In this document: positions 46,301 to 59,500 of the stretch, piece by piece
Numbering within the stretch: position 1 is the stretch's first letter
How the letters are laid out: every line of letters starts with the position of its first letter
Assembly (NCBI RefSeq): GCF_002571385.2
Contig: NW_019217860.1
Span: 700,856-764,855 of the forward strand
Length of the DNA: 64,000 nt
Direction of reading: 5' to 3'
From: Stylophora pistillata
Lineage: Eukaryota
The notes under the pieces: model-generated
What the model was told of the DNA's origin: nothing
Seen by the model: the letters and a program-made list of their open reading frames with translations, nothing else
Database searches by the model: none
Translations under genes and position numbers: made by a program

Positions 46301-47207
46301 AACCGGAAATTGTGTGTGACATAAGTTGTCGTTGTGTTTGACAATCACGTGCCCCGCGCACGTGATAAAAAGGAACTTTGAACTGTCAAAAAAGTAAGAG
46401 TTGTTGTGATAGAAAAAAGTGCAAGTGGTTGTAAGAGAGAAAGGTTATTAAAAACTGAGTATACAAAAAACATTGTGAGTTTCCTTTGTCGAGGTAAACG
46501 AAATTCCCAACACAGTTGTTTCAGCCAATTACTGGTCTCTTCAAATTAATTTTCCCTTACTGCAGATACTTTGGATTTCACAAATAAAAAATCCCTATTA
46601 CATGTACATGAAAATGAAAGTTTCTTCCATCACTGGGGATTAAAGTTGAACCTCCATGAGAGGATACCTCAGAAAAGCATAATTACCCTGTGACTGTAAG
46701 CAGGCAACAGGCAGTATTGACTTGTAGACAGTTCCATCCCAAGCATGGTGTCTCATCCGTGTTTGACCGTGACAATTCGCGGTTAATAACTTCATGATTT
46801 AGTACAAGGGTAACCTGCATGATTATATTAAATGAAGATATTCCCTTGTTGTACACGGTTTAACCTTTCTAACTCCCAAAAGTGACCGAGACAGAAATTC
46901 TAGACTATATCAATACAATTCCAAGCAGATTAGTGATTAGAATAGAGAAAAAGATCACTGAGATCATTAGTTGATCCAATACCAAATTCTCCCGAGTAAC
47001 ATGAAAATTGTATGGAAACAGTAAGAATTACTAATGAGATCTTTGGAATGAAAGGGTTAAGCTACTAGCTACAGTGTACAGACACACACCTGATGAAACC
47101 ATTTTTGCTTCCTGTCCACTGGGGAACATCTTCTTGCCAGTTTCAAATTCTAATGTAGAATCTGAAGTGTGCACATCCTTATGTTTTCCTAAACCAGTGT
47201 TTCCCAT
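42487..47207 (-). CDS. PRKAB: AMP-activated protein kinase beta subunit, 271 aa; exons 47207-47090, 46165-45988, 45743-45650, 44935-44812, 43592-43369, 42564-42487
   Basis: MGNT myristoylation start, glycogen-binding domain (PTVFGW.HGG.EV.LSGSFNDW, LPEGEHEYKF.VDGRW), and ASC domain (PPVLPPHLL...LLPEPNHV.LNHLYALSIKDGVM...KYVSTLLYKPI). Confidence 0.95.
43293..43333. repeat. (CA)n microsatellite
   Basis: Directly visible. Confidence 0.95.
44451..44768. mobile_element. Interspersed MITE-like repeat
   Basis: tcttattaaccaagc...gcttggttaataaga inverted ends. Related segments lie at about 20590-20695 and 58035-58135. Confidence 0.6.
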
Positions 47208-50200
47208 TCTCCGAGTATGTTTTGTTTACTCCTCGTTAGTTCTTTAACATTTATGAGCTACGAGAGAAATGATAACATATTAATTACTTTTACTAGTTTG
47301 AGCTGTTTCTGTTCCCAAGATCACAAATAAAGGACATCCGATAAGTGATTTTGAATGCTGTAATAAATTAACGAGTGAGAGTAAGTTGAAAGACTGCTCG
47401 AGTCCCTTATTAACTAGTGCGAAACACTGGATCAAGTAAATTCTTTGTGGGGCGATCCAATGTTAAACAATATCTAGCGCTGTTAAATCAAATCAAAGCG
47501 TTTACGCCTTCTCAACTGAAGGAAAAGTTTGATTTGGGTTGATCAATTTCTTCCCGACTTTCTGCAACTGAATGACGTGTATTTCGCAGGCATACGCCGA
47601 ATATCTGGGTAAATGTTGTCTCAGATGCTCCTTTTTACGTACCTAACTCAAGCCTCCAAGCGCAATGATACCAGCCAGCCGATCAAAAGCGTGTTGGTTT
47701 GAAATTATACTCTATTTACAGCCTCAAATTGCTTGCAACGTTCGATTGAAGGTGTATTTTTCAAATCAAGCCTGTAAGCATGATGGGATAGAAGAGTGTC
47801 CAGTCTTTCAAATGGTGTCTCGTCCGTGTTTGACCGTGACAATTCGGAGTTAGTTACTTTGTTATTTTAAAAGGCTGTTGTGATGTGATGTCCACATGAT
47901 GTTTTTCCACTAAGGCGTGATCAACATTTCACTTTTGTATCATAACGTTATGACGCGATTCTACTGCTGACGAGTTTTCCCCCAAAATATTTTCAAGATT
48001 TTCAAAATCGCAATATTTCGTGGACAGCGATCGAACAATAATATCAAATTGGTTTCCTATGAAATCACCACAAAATCACCCTCAGATGTGTTAGATATTT
48101 TTTTCAAGAAGTACTCACTTCCATGACATTCCGCACGTAATCCAGGCCTTCTTCCACCAGTTCTCTTTGTTTAAAGATGCTTATTTTGCGAAATATTTGT
48201 TAATTCACTCTTGAGTCCGTACTTTACCCTTTGCCTACCGTCTTAAACAGGTACATAAAACTCTCATGGACAGCCAGAAGTGTATCGTGATCCTCCAGAC
48301 ACTTGACGACCCTGCGACTATCCGGTGATCCGACGACTAACTATCAAGAATACTCGCTGGTGATTGGTCAGTTTTCATAAAAGCAGTACATGGTTTTTAC
48401 ACTTTGGACTAGCTCGGCGTTTTTTTTTTTTTTTTACCTTAGATGTTTATGGGACATTCCCATGAGTCTCGAGTCCAAGATAGCTCTATGGCACGTTCGT
48501 TGTGGTAGAATTTTACTTTCAATCTGAATAACATAATTATCTCAGGGCCCTTAATCAAACGCAAGATAAAATGATCAATTGTTTGTTTGTTCATTTATTT
48601 ATTTATTTATTTATTTATCACTTCCTCTACTTCGAAGAACCGCGATGTTCGCGCTTCACGTGTAAGTGCGTGTTGTGATCACATGTAGAGCTTTTGTGGA
48701 GCGCACACTAAGCTTCAATGCAGAAGCAAATATTGCTGAATTTCGCTATCGATGCATTGTTATCTCAAGAAATATAACAAAACGGCTGAGGAATTCGATA
48801 TCCGATATACAATTCTCTTGCTGATGTGTTTCATCGTTCAAGGTGAGGTTTTTGGGGGTTATTCGTTATTTGGGTTATTTACTCATTTGTGCCTCACGTG
48901 GCTCGCAATAAAATTTATTAAAAACCGAAAGTCTTGATCAAAACTATGATGCTTTTGTTTACCCGAATTGTAGTATTAAATGCTAGATTAGTACAGACTA
49001 CACGATGGTAAGCATGTACATCAAGCATACAAAAGATTTATCATAAATATTGCCATTTTTGGGGTCAGAAAAATGCCCTGTCCGATCAGTGTCGGCCAGG
49101 TTTGGCTGGGTTCCAGACATACCCCTCCGCTGGTTTTTAAAAATTTTTGTCTGACACAAAAACTCTTGCAACGATAGGGTTGCACGTTACTATTGGCTAT
49201 ACGTTACTTGGCTTAGTTAGACTATAGAGAAAAACATATTCCTCCCGTCTCATAGGAAATTCCTAAATCAGCTTCTGCTGTTTCCCGGCGGCAGATTGTT
49301 GTCTTAGCTGCCATGTTGTATCCATAAGCGATCTCCTAGCAAGTGATTGATAAGTTAAACCGGCGACACACTTGGCGATCGGCGAAAAATGCCAGGTGTG
49401 CCAAGTGTGTGCTATTATATCTGGCATGCCAGATGATGGTGATTTTCGCCGGCGATCAAATTCGTTGCGATCGGTCTATAAAGTCGCCAATTGCGTCAGC
49501 GACTTTACAAGTTGACTGGATAGTTGATACCAAGAAAATTAACTCATTACGTACATTAATAAGATGTGCCTATATGTTAACGTAAGACCCAACCAGCTTA
49601 GAAAAATATCTTGGTATACCAGAATAGATTTTTCTTAATGCTTTCCTTCTGGACAGGCTTAATTACAGTTCAGATGTATAGTCTGGAAAATTGTCCCACA
49701 GTAAGACTGATAGTGTACAAATCTAATCATGCAACAATAGAGGCACCCTTGGGTCATATAGGCGTTTACAGAAAATCTACACTCACTGAGGTATCACATC
49801 CGATGGCATCAATAGGCCTTGGAAAAAAAAAACTTATGACCGAGCTATGCAACCCATTTGCGCTACATACTTGCGGCAGACTTATTTTAAAGAACACGTT
49901 TTTTCCATTTTGAAAGAGATATTCTTTTCGTCAGAAAAAGCTTTAGAAGTGTCAAGTACGGTATAGACCGTAAAAACTTAATAATTAACCGAGAGATTGT
50001 TCTGTTTTTCAGTTTGTCATCACTGTTAATCTAAAGATAGCCAAAATCACCTTTTACATAATTGGACGCCCTGGTGAGCTTTAAATTTCTAATTAACCAC
50101 TTTTGCCTGGCCGGTAAAGGGAGTCTCTGTCAGCGGAAAACCACGACCGCTGTTTATCATTCAACCGTTCTTTCACTCCTACTCGCCTCCCCTGCCTGAG

Positions 50201-50672
50201 ATAAATTGGTTTTATCAATTGAGTTTATAATGTAGATACTCTTTACGGTGATCAATTTACATGATTAACTTAATCAATAAAACCCTATTTTCTCGTAATA
50301 CCCCGAACGACGAAGCACCTCAGTTTCTTTGAAAATTTACCCCCTTTATCCAATGACCGAGAGCCTGAAACATAATTGAACAGGTTGCATTTGGCTTAAG
50401 GGTTCACACACATTTTAGAATTATACTGATCAATAAACCTCATTTCTATTTCTCTTCTTTTTTTTTTCCTTTTAATGGCTATAGCTGTTCCATGCGACGA
50501 GCCACCCTTATGTCACTGGTGGAATGTCTTCTAAGGAGTGCAGATTTTAATTCTCTTTTCTACACCTGCAGTTGTTTTTCTCTTTATGGTGGTATTTCTA
50601 TTAATATCTATATTACTGATGGCCATGCATTTCTATCTGTAAGTCGATACTACACGCTGGAAAGTGTTAAGA

Positions 50673-53600
50673 ATGAAAAAGTGGAACTGCATCCACCGTA
50701 TTTTTCTTTACTTCTTTCTAAGCGCCATTGTTCAAGGTACGTTTTCTTATGAAGAATAATTATTGCACTGAAATGACCAGGTCTTTTTGGGTAAAAGTAT
50801 CAGGACCTTCGTGTCTTTAGGAAAGAAGTAATTCTCTAAGATCCCACAAATACGTGCTCACAAGCTTTTGAAAAGCTGGTGAAGAAAATGGAGTAATGAT
50901 TTCGTTGGTCCACATACTGGTCCGGTGTCAACCTTTGAGAGAGGGGCAACAAATTTAAAAATGGTTTAGATCGAGTAATGTCGCTTCGATTTTACATTTT
51001 TAAACATGAGATTTCCGTTTTTTAAACATAGAGATAGAAGATTTTTAAGTACAACACTGCATGTGGAATAAAACTGGCATCTTTACTCCCACAGGACGCG
51101 ACTCCAAAACGAAGAACTTTTACACTTCACGCGCAAAAGGGAATGACAACTGGTCGTGTGACCAAACAGAACCATGTCAAACCATTTGGAGGGCAGTATC
51201 CCTAGCTTCAGATGGGGATGTAGTTTACTTGGATGGCACCGGCACTGGAAAAAATCCATACAGCTGTCACTCAACACAAAATCTGGGAGTTTACATCAAT
51301 AAAAGGCTTGCCTTGATAGGAACTGGACCCATGCTTCCTCAGATACGATGCTCTGAGGGAACAAGTTTGACATTCAATGGTTCCGGAAACGCCTCGCAAA
51401 TGAATGTTACATTATCAGGACTACTCGTAAGTGACAGTTTGGTATACTTCCATGACTTGTCCGTTAACATTTATGGATGCCAATTCATCGGTAGCAAACA
51501 CGGTGTGAAGTTTGTGATGAGCAACAGAGAGGTGTCTGATATTGTTATTACCGATTCAAACTTTTTCGGAAACAAGGAATGTATCTCAGTTTTTGTCACG
51601 GGTTCAAGGATTGGATCTCCAATTATAAAACAAAACTTGATTCTAAAGAATTCTTCTATGTCCGGGAACACCATTGCCGACGGAGGAAATTTCATTTCCC
51701 TCACAGAGTCTCCTGATAACAACAAGACTGTAAATTGTTTTATTGCCATGGAAACTGTAACGTTTTCCGGCAACACATACAACTCAAGAGGTCTCGTTTA
51801 CCTCCAGTTCAAAAATGGCGACCAGTACTTTAGAAACCATAAGGTAATATCCATGAACAACAGGCCATCATCAAATAAGGAAGTATTGTTGGATCTTCAG
51901 AGGAACAGTGAGTTTATGTTCGAGTGCCAAAATGTTACTATTTCAATCAACTCAAGCAACTTTATATCTCAGAATGCTAGAACATTAAACGTGTCGGCAA
52001 CCAACATTTTATTGCAAATCTCTAATTCACGTTTCAGCGTTCACCGATTGGCAAGATATGGAGGAGTTGTATCCTTAAGGGGATCTAGCGAATGTGAGTT
52101 GAAAATATCAAACTCGTCGTTTATCAACAATACCGTCATTTTAGATAATGGCGGAGCTATCGAAGCTGAATGCACAAAGGTCAGGTGTACTTTAACCAGT
52201 AGTACCTTCACAGATAACACGGCTGTGAATGGAAATGGTGGAGCAGTAAAACTCCGTGTTTTCTCCTCTAGTTTCAATTATTTAAGAAAAGAGAATGACA
52301 ATAAAGACAATGATTTGGTGGTTTTAGTTAGAAATGTGACATTCAACAATTGCAGTGCGCTCTCTGGTGGAGCGTTAAGCATTGTCTACGAAAGAAGACA
52401 TCATGGTGTTGTAAGTATTAGCAACTGTCTCTTCATATCTAATGGGGCTCTTGCTGGGAAAGAACCCTTAAGTGGTTATGGTGGAGCCATCCAGGTCAGG
52501 CCAGCTACTGATGATAAATTAAAAGAAAAACACAGCAATATCAATGTCATAATCGGGGGATCAATATTTACCAACAACACCGCAGTTATAGCAGGTGGTG
52601 CCATTTATGTAAAAGTGACCGATCAAAGTAACGTTATTATTGAGAAATCAGAAATAGAATGGAGTAGTGGTTTGTTTGGCGGATGTACCATTGTTGGACC
52701 CACCTCATCCTTAAAAATACTTGACTGTACCTTTGCAAATAACTTAGCCAATGCTTTAGCGATATTTCACAATGTGAAAAACGTTGAAATCATAGATTCG
52801 TCTTTTGTTGGTAATTATCCTTTAAGTGGATCATTTGGAGGGGCCCTTGTTATTTCGGATAGCAAGAAATGCGAACAGGAACAATTACAACAGGGATCAT
52901 ATGCGATCATCCAGAACACGACATTTAAAAGTAATATAGCAGTGAATAGTGGTGGTGCTGTGTATTTGGCCAACTGCAAGACAAACATTCGGAATTGTCA
53001 GTTTTTTAACAATTTCGCCCCACGCTACGGTGCTCATGTATATGCGCTAAAAACAAACAGTTTGGCGATACTAGACAGCATCTATATGCAAACCAGAAAC
53101 AAACCGCGATTAATCAATGGAAAAAATTACTCTGACCATTCTTCACTTATTGACATAGTTGATATAGAAACACTGGTTGTGTATAACACAACAGTGGAGG
53201 TCAAGGCATATAGTCGTGATAAAGCTTTGATGATGGTGACAAGCATTGTTGGTAAGGTGGATCTTGGTAACGAAAACTTTGCAGCAGAGTTTACTTGTCC
53301 TGTTGGAAGTGAAATCAAAATTAATTGTATGCCTGGTATCTTAAACACTCCAGACCGACCTTGTAAATCTCATCGTAATGGCGGTGGAGTCTCTAGTATT
53401 CAATTAAGATGCTCTGTTTGTGAGGGAAATTCCTACAGCCTGGAACGTGGTCGAGCCAAAGGAACCCAGTTGGTGTCACCAGTCCAGTGTCACCCTTGCC
53501 CATTTGGTGCAGATTGCACTAAGAATATAGTTGCCAAACGTGACTTTTGGGGTTTCAAAGAACAGCAAAACTCCTCGCTGCTAAGGTTCACCATGTGTCC

Positions 53601-55098
53601 TATGGGATATTGCAGCCAACCAAAGGAAGCAGACTTTCCTGAGTTTAACAGCTGCCAAGGAAACCGGTCTGGCAAATTGTGTGGAGAGTGTAAAGACAAT
53701 TATGTGGAGACACTTTACTCTACACAGTGTATACCATCACATTGGTGTAATGATTACTGGTTCTGGCCCGTGGCGTTGATTTATGTTTTTGTTATGGCAT
53801 TGTACCTAACATTTAGACCTCCTGTGGTACCTTGGATCAAGCGTCAGATCTTGTGGTTCAAGCAGAATGAGCCAGTGGGCCAGGATGTCAACTTTGAGAA
53901 AGGTTATATGAAGATTCTTTTCTACTTCTATCAAGCAGCAAATCTTGTTCTTATCTCTGGCTCGTCCCAGTTGGCTATCAAAGATAAAATCGTTCAACCA
54001 CTACTTGGCGCATTCAACTTCAGATCCGGTTTTCTTCAGGAATTCAATTGTCCCTTTACTGGTCTCACGGTGGTAACCGAGCAGTTATTCTTAGCATCTC
54101 ACGTTGTTTGCACGTTGCTAGTAATATGTGCTTTGTACGGTGTACTTTGTGGTTTTCAGAGGTTTCGAGGCAAAGGGAATCCATCTCCAGGTCCATATGT
54201 AGGCGGCATCTTACAAACTACTTTGCTGGGATATACAGTCATAGCCACCAAAAGCTTCAGTTTGTTGCGTTGTGTTGATATTGGTGGGGAAAGACGTTTG
54301 TTTTTTGATAGTAACATTGTTTGTTTTCAATGGTGGCAATACCTCTTGATGGGATTTGCTTGTGGTCACATTGTACCGTTTTTGTTCGTCCTCCTTTGGG
54401 GCTCTTGTAAACTATATTATAAGACTATCTCTGCGAATAATTTCCTCGTGGCTTGTTTTTTTCCATTGCCACTTATAATCTACTGGTCTTATGGTTTCTT
54501 GCACGGTAAATTGAGAGGGGCAGTCACAGAAAACGCACCACCGAGCACGGATTTGAAAAGGTATTTGGAAATAGTTCTTTATGATTCCTTCAAAAGGCTT
54601 GAAAAAGGAAGTGAACTATCCCTTTGTTGGGAAAGTGTCATGATTGGCCGTCGACTGATCCTTGCTGCACTGAAGTCATTCGTCAGCGACCCATTGCCTC
54701 GAGTCGTCATTATGAATTTATTATGTGTTTTGTTTCTTATTCACCACACTTTGACTCTGCCATTTCGTGATGATATTGCCAATATAATTGAGACCATTTC
54801 ACTGGCATCTATTGTTGTTTTGGGATCTGCGAACGTGTTCTTTGCTTCGTTCGTGTCGTTAGGTGTTTCAATCGACAACAAGTCCTTGAGACACTGGTGG
54901 AATGTCTTGCAAATTATAGAGCTCGTAATTCTCAGCCTAGTACCTATATGTTTTTTGTTAGTACTGGTCGTGGCTTTTGTCTCTCTGTGGTTCCGGATAA
55001 TCGTTGTGGGTTTTCGTGCTTTGTTCAAAGTCTTGAACTCCTTTAGTGCACGTTCCAAGAGCCAGACGGAAGAGAGAAGATCGCTGATAGGTCTATAA
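50673..55098 (+). CDS. Pmp-like beta-helix / Cys-rich / multi-pass membrane protein, paralog 1; exons 50673-50736 (signal peptide) and 51095-55098
   Basis: Signal exon MKKWNCIHRIFLYFFLSAIVQ-G|gt splices in phase 1 to cag|GA. Repeated FxxN...GGA(I/L/V) motifs, a Cys-rich CPFGADC/CPMGYC/CQGNRSGKLCGEC region and about 10 hydrophobic segments follow. Confidence 0.85.
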
Positions 55099-55391
55099 TA
55101 TGGGAGCTAGATGATGTCCAAACTATTGTGCAGGCTGCTCGCGAGGAAAAGAACCCATCCGTATTGTTCAATTCCATTAGGAAAGCAGCAAAGAAGCAAA
55201 TAAACAAGCCATACTTAATGTCCGCCTGGAAAACCTTTACGTTTAATTTAGAGCAAGTCTTCTTCCTTTCGATTTTAGGCTGGGCGTATGAACACTTAAA
55301 GAGGGAAAACTTTTTATCAGAGCTGACATTTTTTTGCATTTGAAATACGACAACACTCTTCTTGCAAATACACAAAGGCTCCACTAGTATT

Positions 55392-55880
55392 ATGGTTACT
55401 GGTCAAGTCGCCCGGAGGTCATGTCGTCGGGAACCTGAGTCATTTCGCCCGAGATTTTAGTCATGTCAACCGAAGAAAAAGTCAAGTCGCCTGAAAAAGC
55501 AAATACTCAAAAGCTCAGACTTACAGACTGTAAATAGGCAATAAAGTTGAGAAATTTTTATCACTAAGGCACTCTTTGTTTCCCACAAAACCATTATCAG
55601 AATAGAAATGTGTACCCCTGTCAACTCTAAAAGGCTTTGTTCGTTTCTAGCAACAAAATAAAGCGCTGCTCGTTTGGTATTTACTCGTTTCGTACACAGG
55701 ACGTTTCGTAACCTTGAGAAACTTTACCTTGGTTTCTTAAAACCATGAAGACTTTGACTACATAGAAAACGATCATATGGCCAGAATTGAAATATGTTTG
55801 AGTGACGATTCTAAAAACGTTGCCACGGTTCGTTTTTAATAACAAACAAACGCTTCGGGTGACATGACCCAGGTTCCGTG
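55392..55880. mobile_element. Small element with inverted ends and subterminal gtcatgtcgccc-like repeats
   Basis: ggtcaagtcgcccg/gtcatgtc repeats at the left end and cgggtgacatgacc at the right end. Confidence 0.45.
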
Positions 55881-56582
55881 CAATATGGTTAATTTCGATG
55901 TTACCACGGCAACTGTTATCTTTAACTACATATTTATAGGGTGTTTTGAAATGGTACTGGCATATGTAAGTGCTTTTGTGGAATCAAAATTTACGCGGTG
56001 TAATGACGATTAAGATTTAAAGATAGAACGTTAGTAGTGTATTGTTGAGTGTGAATTAAAGAATTAAATATGTTATCATAGACCACAGGCAGCCCATGCG
56101 TAATGTGTGTGATTTGAGGCTTTAAAGGCCATTAACGGGAATAAATTTTAAGCGTAGTCGTGTGCCGTAAAAAAAAAATTTAAAAAGTAGAAAAAATAAA
56201 AAGGATAATAAAAGTAAAAACATGCTCAGTCTCCTTACAGTGTCCCCTCCAGAAACCTGCTCAGTCTCCTTACCCTTATTAACGCTACCTTGTCGACTTT
56301 CTTTGTGCCGCGTGTCGTGCTGTTATATGTGATATATGCTAACTTTCATCCTCACTCCACATCAATAGCCTGTATAGAGTCGCTTCCTACCCCACCAATT
56401 TCCCTTCTCTACCCGCAAAAGTCATGAGTCCCAGGCTCTAGAATGCTTTTTGTCCCAACTGCAATGCTAACGCAGGCTCAAGGCACAATATCCCTGACTT
56501 TCGTTTCAAAACCTATGGAGTTGAGCCGAGAGTGAAACACTGGGTCTTCATATTGCTTTATTCTGTCTGGAAAGTGTAAAGG

Positions 56583-59500
56583 ATGACCCCGATTATTCGC
56601 CGTATTTTTCTTTACTTCTTACTATGTATCATTACCAAAGGTACGTTTTAGCAAGTCAGGTAATTACATTTTATGCATAGAAATGGTGGCGTTGCTAAGT
56701 AAGACGTAAAGACCCATGAATACAAAGCACGGAATTGCTGTCTTATTTTCAGACAGGAATATGGACGCCACAAAATTTAAACTCGAGAGCGCCAAACGAA
56801 AGTTTTTGAACGAGTAACGATTTCCACCCTGTCAATTTTAAACCCCATGAAGTCATCCATGCCTGTGCCTGTATCACGGTCAAAAGGCCCTTGTTATAAC
56901 CTAAGGGTGCTTTCATCAAGATTTGTCCGTCTAGCTCTCGACCTGACTAGCGGACAAGGATAAGAACTTGCAAAAATCTCGACGGAAATCGATTTCGTAT
57001 CAGAGCTTTCACCATTCGTAACCAGTGCGTTTACATTAAAATGAAATCTTTACATGCAACACTTCACTGCATCTAATGGCTTTGCTAAGTCAGGATAGTC
57101 TCAGTAGGTGTCACTAAAAAGCAGACCCAGGTTTAATTTCTTCTCTCAATGGCTTTTACTTGGGCATCCCTCTTTGATATGGGTGTTACTAAACAGAGTA
57201 ACACAGTAATTAACGGAGTAACAAGAAAACGAGTAACGGCACTATGCTCTTCAAGTGTAAGTAAGTAATTCCGTGACATTTTGGAAGCTCTTGAAGCAAT
57301 CTCAATCAAAGACCGAAAACACCTTGGGATTCACCTTTAAAATTTTCACCTTTAAAATTTTCACCTTAAAATTTCTTTTTAGAGTTAACACGAAGCATCG
57401 TTGAAGATAGGCACGAATCCATCAATTTTGTGAATCGTTCAATTAATTGTTCAAGATTTGATGGGAGGAAGTAAAAGTCGGCATTAGCTGATTGACGTAT
57501 TTCAGTTTTATCGTGCATGTATGTCAACGCTAGTGGCTTGGATCATCGGTCGTGTGCTCTCCAAAATTACCAGAATTTACTGCCACATATCTTTAATCTC
57601 ACTCAATAAAAGAAAAAGGAAACTTGCAGTCACAGATGATACATTCCCAGTTATATCATCTGGAGCGAGAGATGATATAACTAAGATGATATAACTTTCG
57701 TTTTCTATAGAAACTGGAAGAACACCGCAAACAAAGTCGTCGCGACTGTGAGACGCAAGTTTTGAATATTGCCCCCTCAAATATTGCCCCCTCAAACACC
57801 ACCTCTTTTGAAATGATTAGTCAAGTTTCCAAGAATATACCGACTCGAATTTGGGTTTGTCCCGTTATAAAAACACAACTATAGTAATCACAAATCCTTT
57901 AAGACGACTTTTGTTCAGATTGTCAGAGCGATGTGAAGCCTGATAACCAGAACCTGCAAAGAAACGCCGGAAGTGCCTTTTTGAAAGATAGACCACGGCC
58001 AAATTTTAAACTTTGGCTTTTCCACAGGAAGTCCGTGTGTTTGGACATGACTCACGGACTTTGCTGCGCTCGGTCCGTACCTCATTACCTCGAGCCAAAT
58101 ATTTTCCCGTCCAGCTCTCTCACTAGGTAAATAAGTACCCAATATTTTTCTCTTGGTACATATTTGTGATACATTTCCTGTCGGGATCTGTGACTAGATC
58201 GCTGTAGCTCTCAAGGGCAGTAGAATCAAAAGCTCAACCGGCGGCCTCAAGTTTGATATGAGACGGATGCCGTTCTTTGTTTTGTTCGTGAAAGATGTAT
58301 TGACGAGGCGCTTTCATCTCGCGAACAGATCTCGCAAGAGTTGGCCTGATTTAACGTATTGTTCGAAACTTTCCACTTTGAAGGATACAATTTCCAATTA
58401 GGTACGAACTAAATTCAAAATGCTGCAAGGAAACTCTAAAGTGACGGGCGGCGAATTTGTTTACCGCAAAACAATTGACTATAGGTCCAGGATGGCTCTT
58501 GAGAAAGACTATTTTACGAGATTTTCAGTAATCAAGGAACTTCGAGTTTACAGGAAATAGGTCGCGGCACACGTTGCTTGAAGGTTAGAAATGGTCCTTT
58601 ATTGGGGGATACAGGATTTAGTCAAGGGGGGTTCGCAAAATTGTCCGCTAAAGGCGAACCCCTCTTGAGGGTCCTGAGGGTCCGTGAGCATGCTTCCCGC
58701 GGGATTTTGAAAATTAGGTCTTCGAATGCATGATTTCCAGCGTTTTGAGAGACGCATTAGGGGGTTCGGCCAAACAAGCCCAGCTTGTTAGAGTACATGA
58801 CCTACGAGTACACCTCTTTTTATTTCCTTCGGATGAAAAGCTCGGGTATTTTAAAAGCATCGAATCAGACTGTGACAAAAGATTTCTTGTCGTTTTTTTT
58901 CGGCTGCGGTAAACTTTGATGTCCCGGATGAGCGTTTTTTGTGCAAGACAACGCACTTTTAAGTCTCCCACTTGTAACGCAATGAAAAACAGTAGTTATT
59001 TATTACTAATAGGCATTATGAATAACCACTTCTTTACAAACGCGTCATTATGAAAAATTACAACCGAACTCACGTATTTAGTTCGTTTTATAAACGACAT
59101 TCCAAAAAATTAACCGTCAACCGTCAACCTTCAAATGACCCAAACTTTAACCGTCAACCATCAAAAGGGCTTATTTTAAACCGTCAACCGTCAATGTGAA
59201 CCCCCCTCCCATTGAGATCCTCTTTAATGGCGTAATCTATAGCTGTTAGAAAACCAGCAATCAAGCTGTAAGCGTAAGTGGTTTGAAGTGAATCAAAAAG
59301 TGAGCGGTAGCCGTCGAGATTCTCAATGCAAATTACTAAATGACCGCCACTCAGAAATTTTTCTAAAAAAATTAATCAATTTAAAGAACCCATACAATCC
59401 AACTGTTATATGTCGATTAGGAACTGCTAAACGATCCCAAAGTGATTTATAAATCTCATGTTTAAGTTTATCCACTGTCAAGATACCACAAGTGCACAAG

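Noticed and set aside
20024-47207. Functional linkage of CRYL1, RPL24, CCDC28 and PRKAB with the immune-like genes
   Set aside because: These are ordinary housekeeping neighbours, and proximity alone is not evidence of a shared system in a eukaryote.
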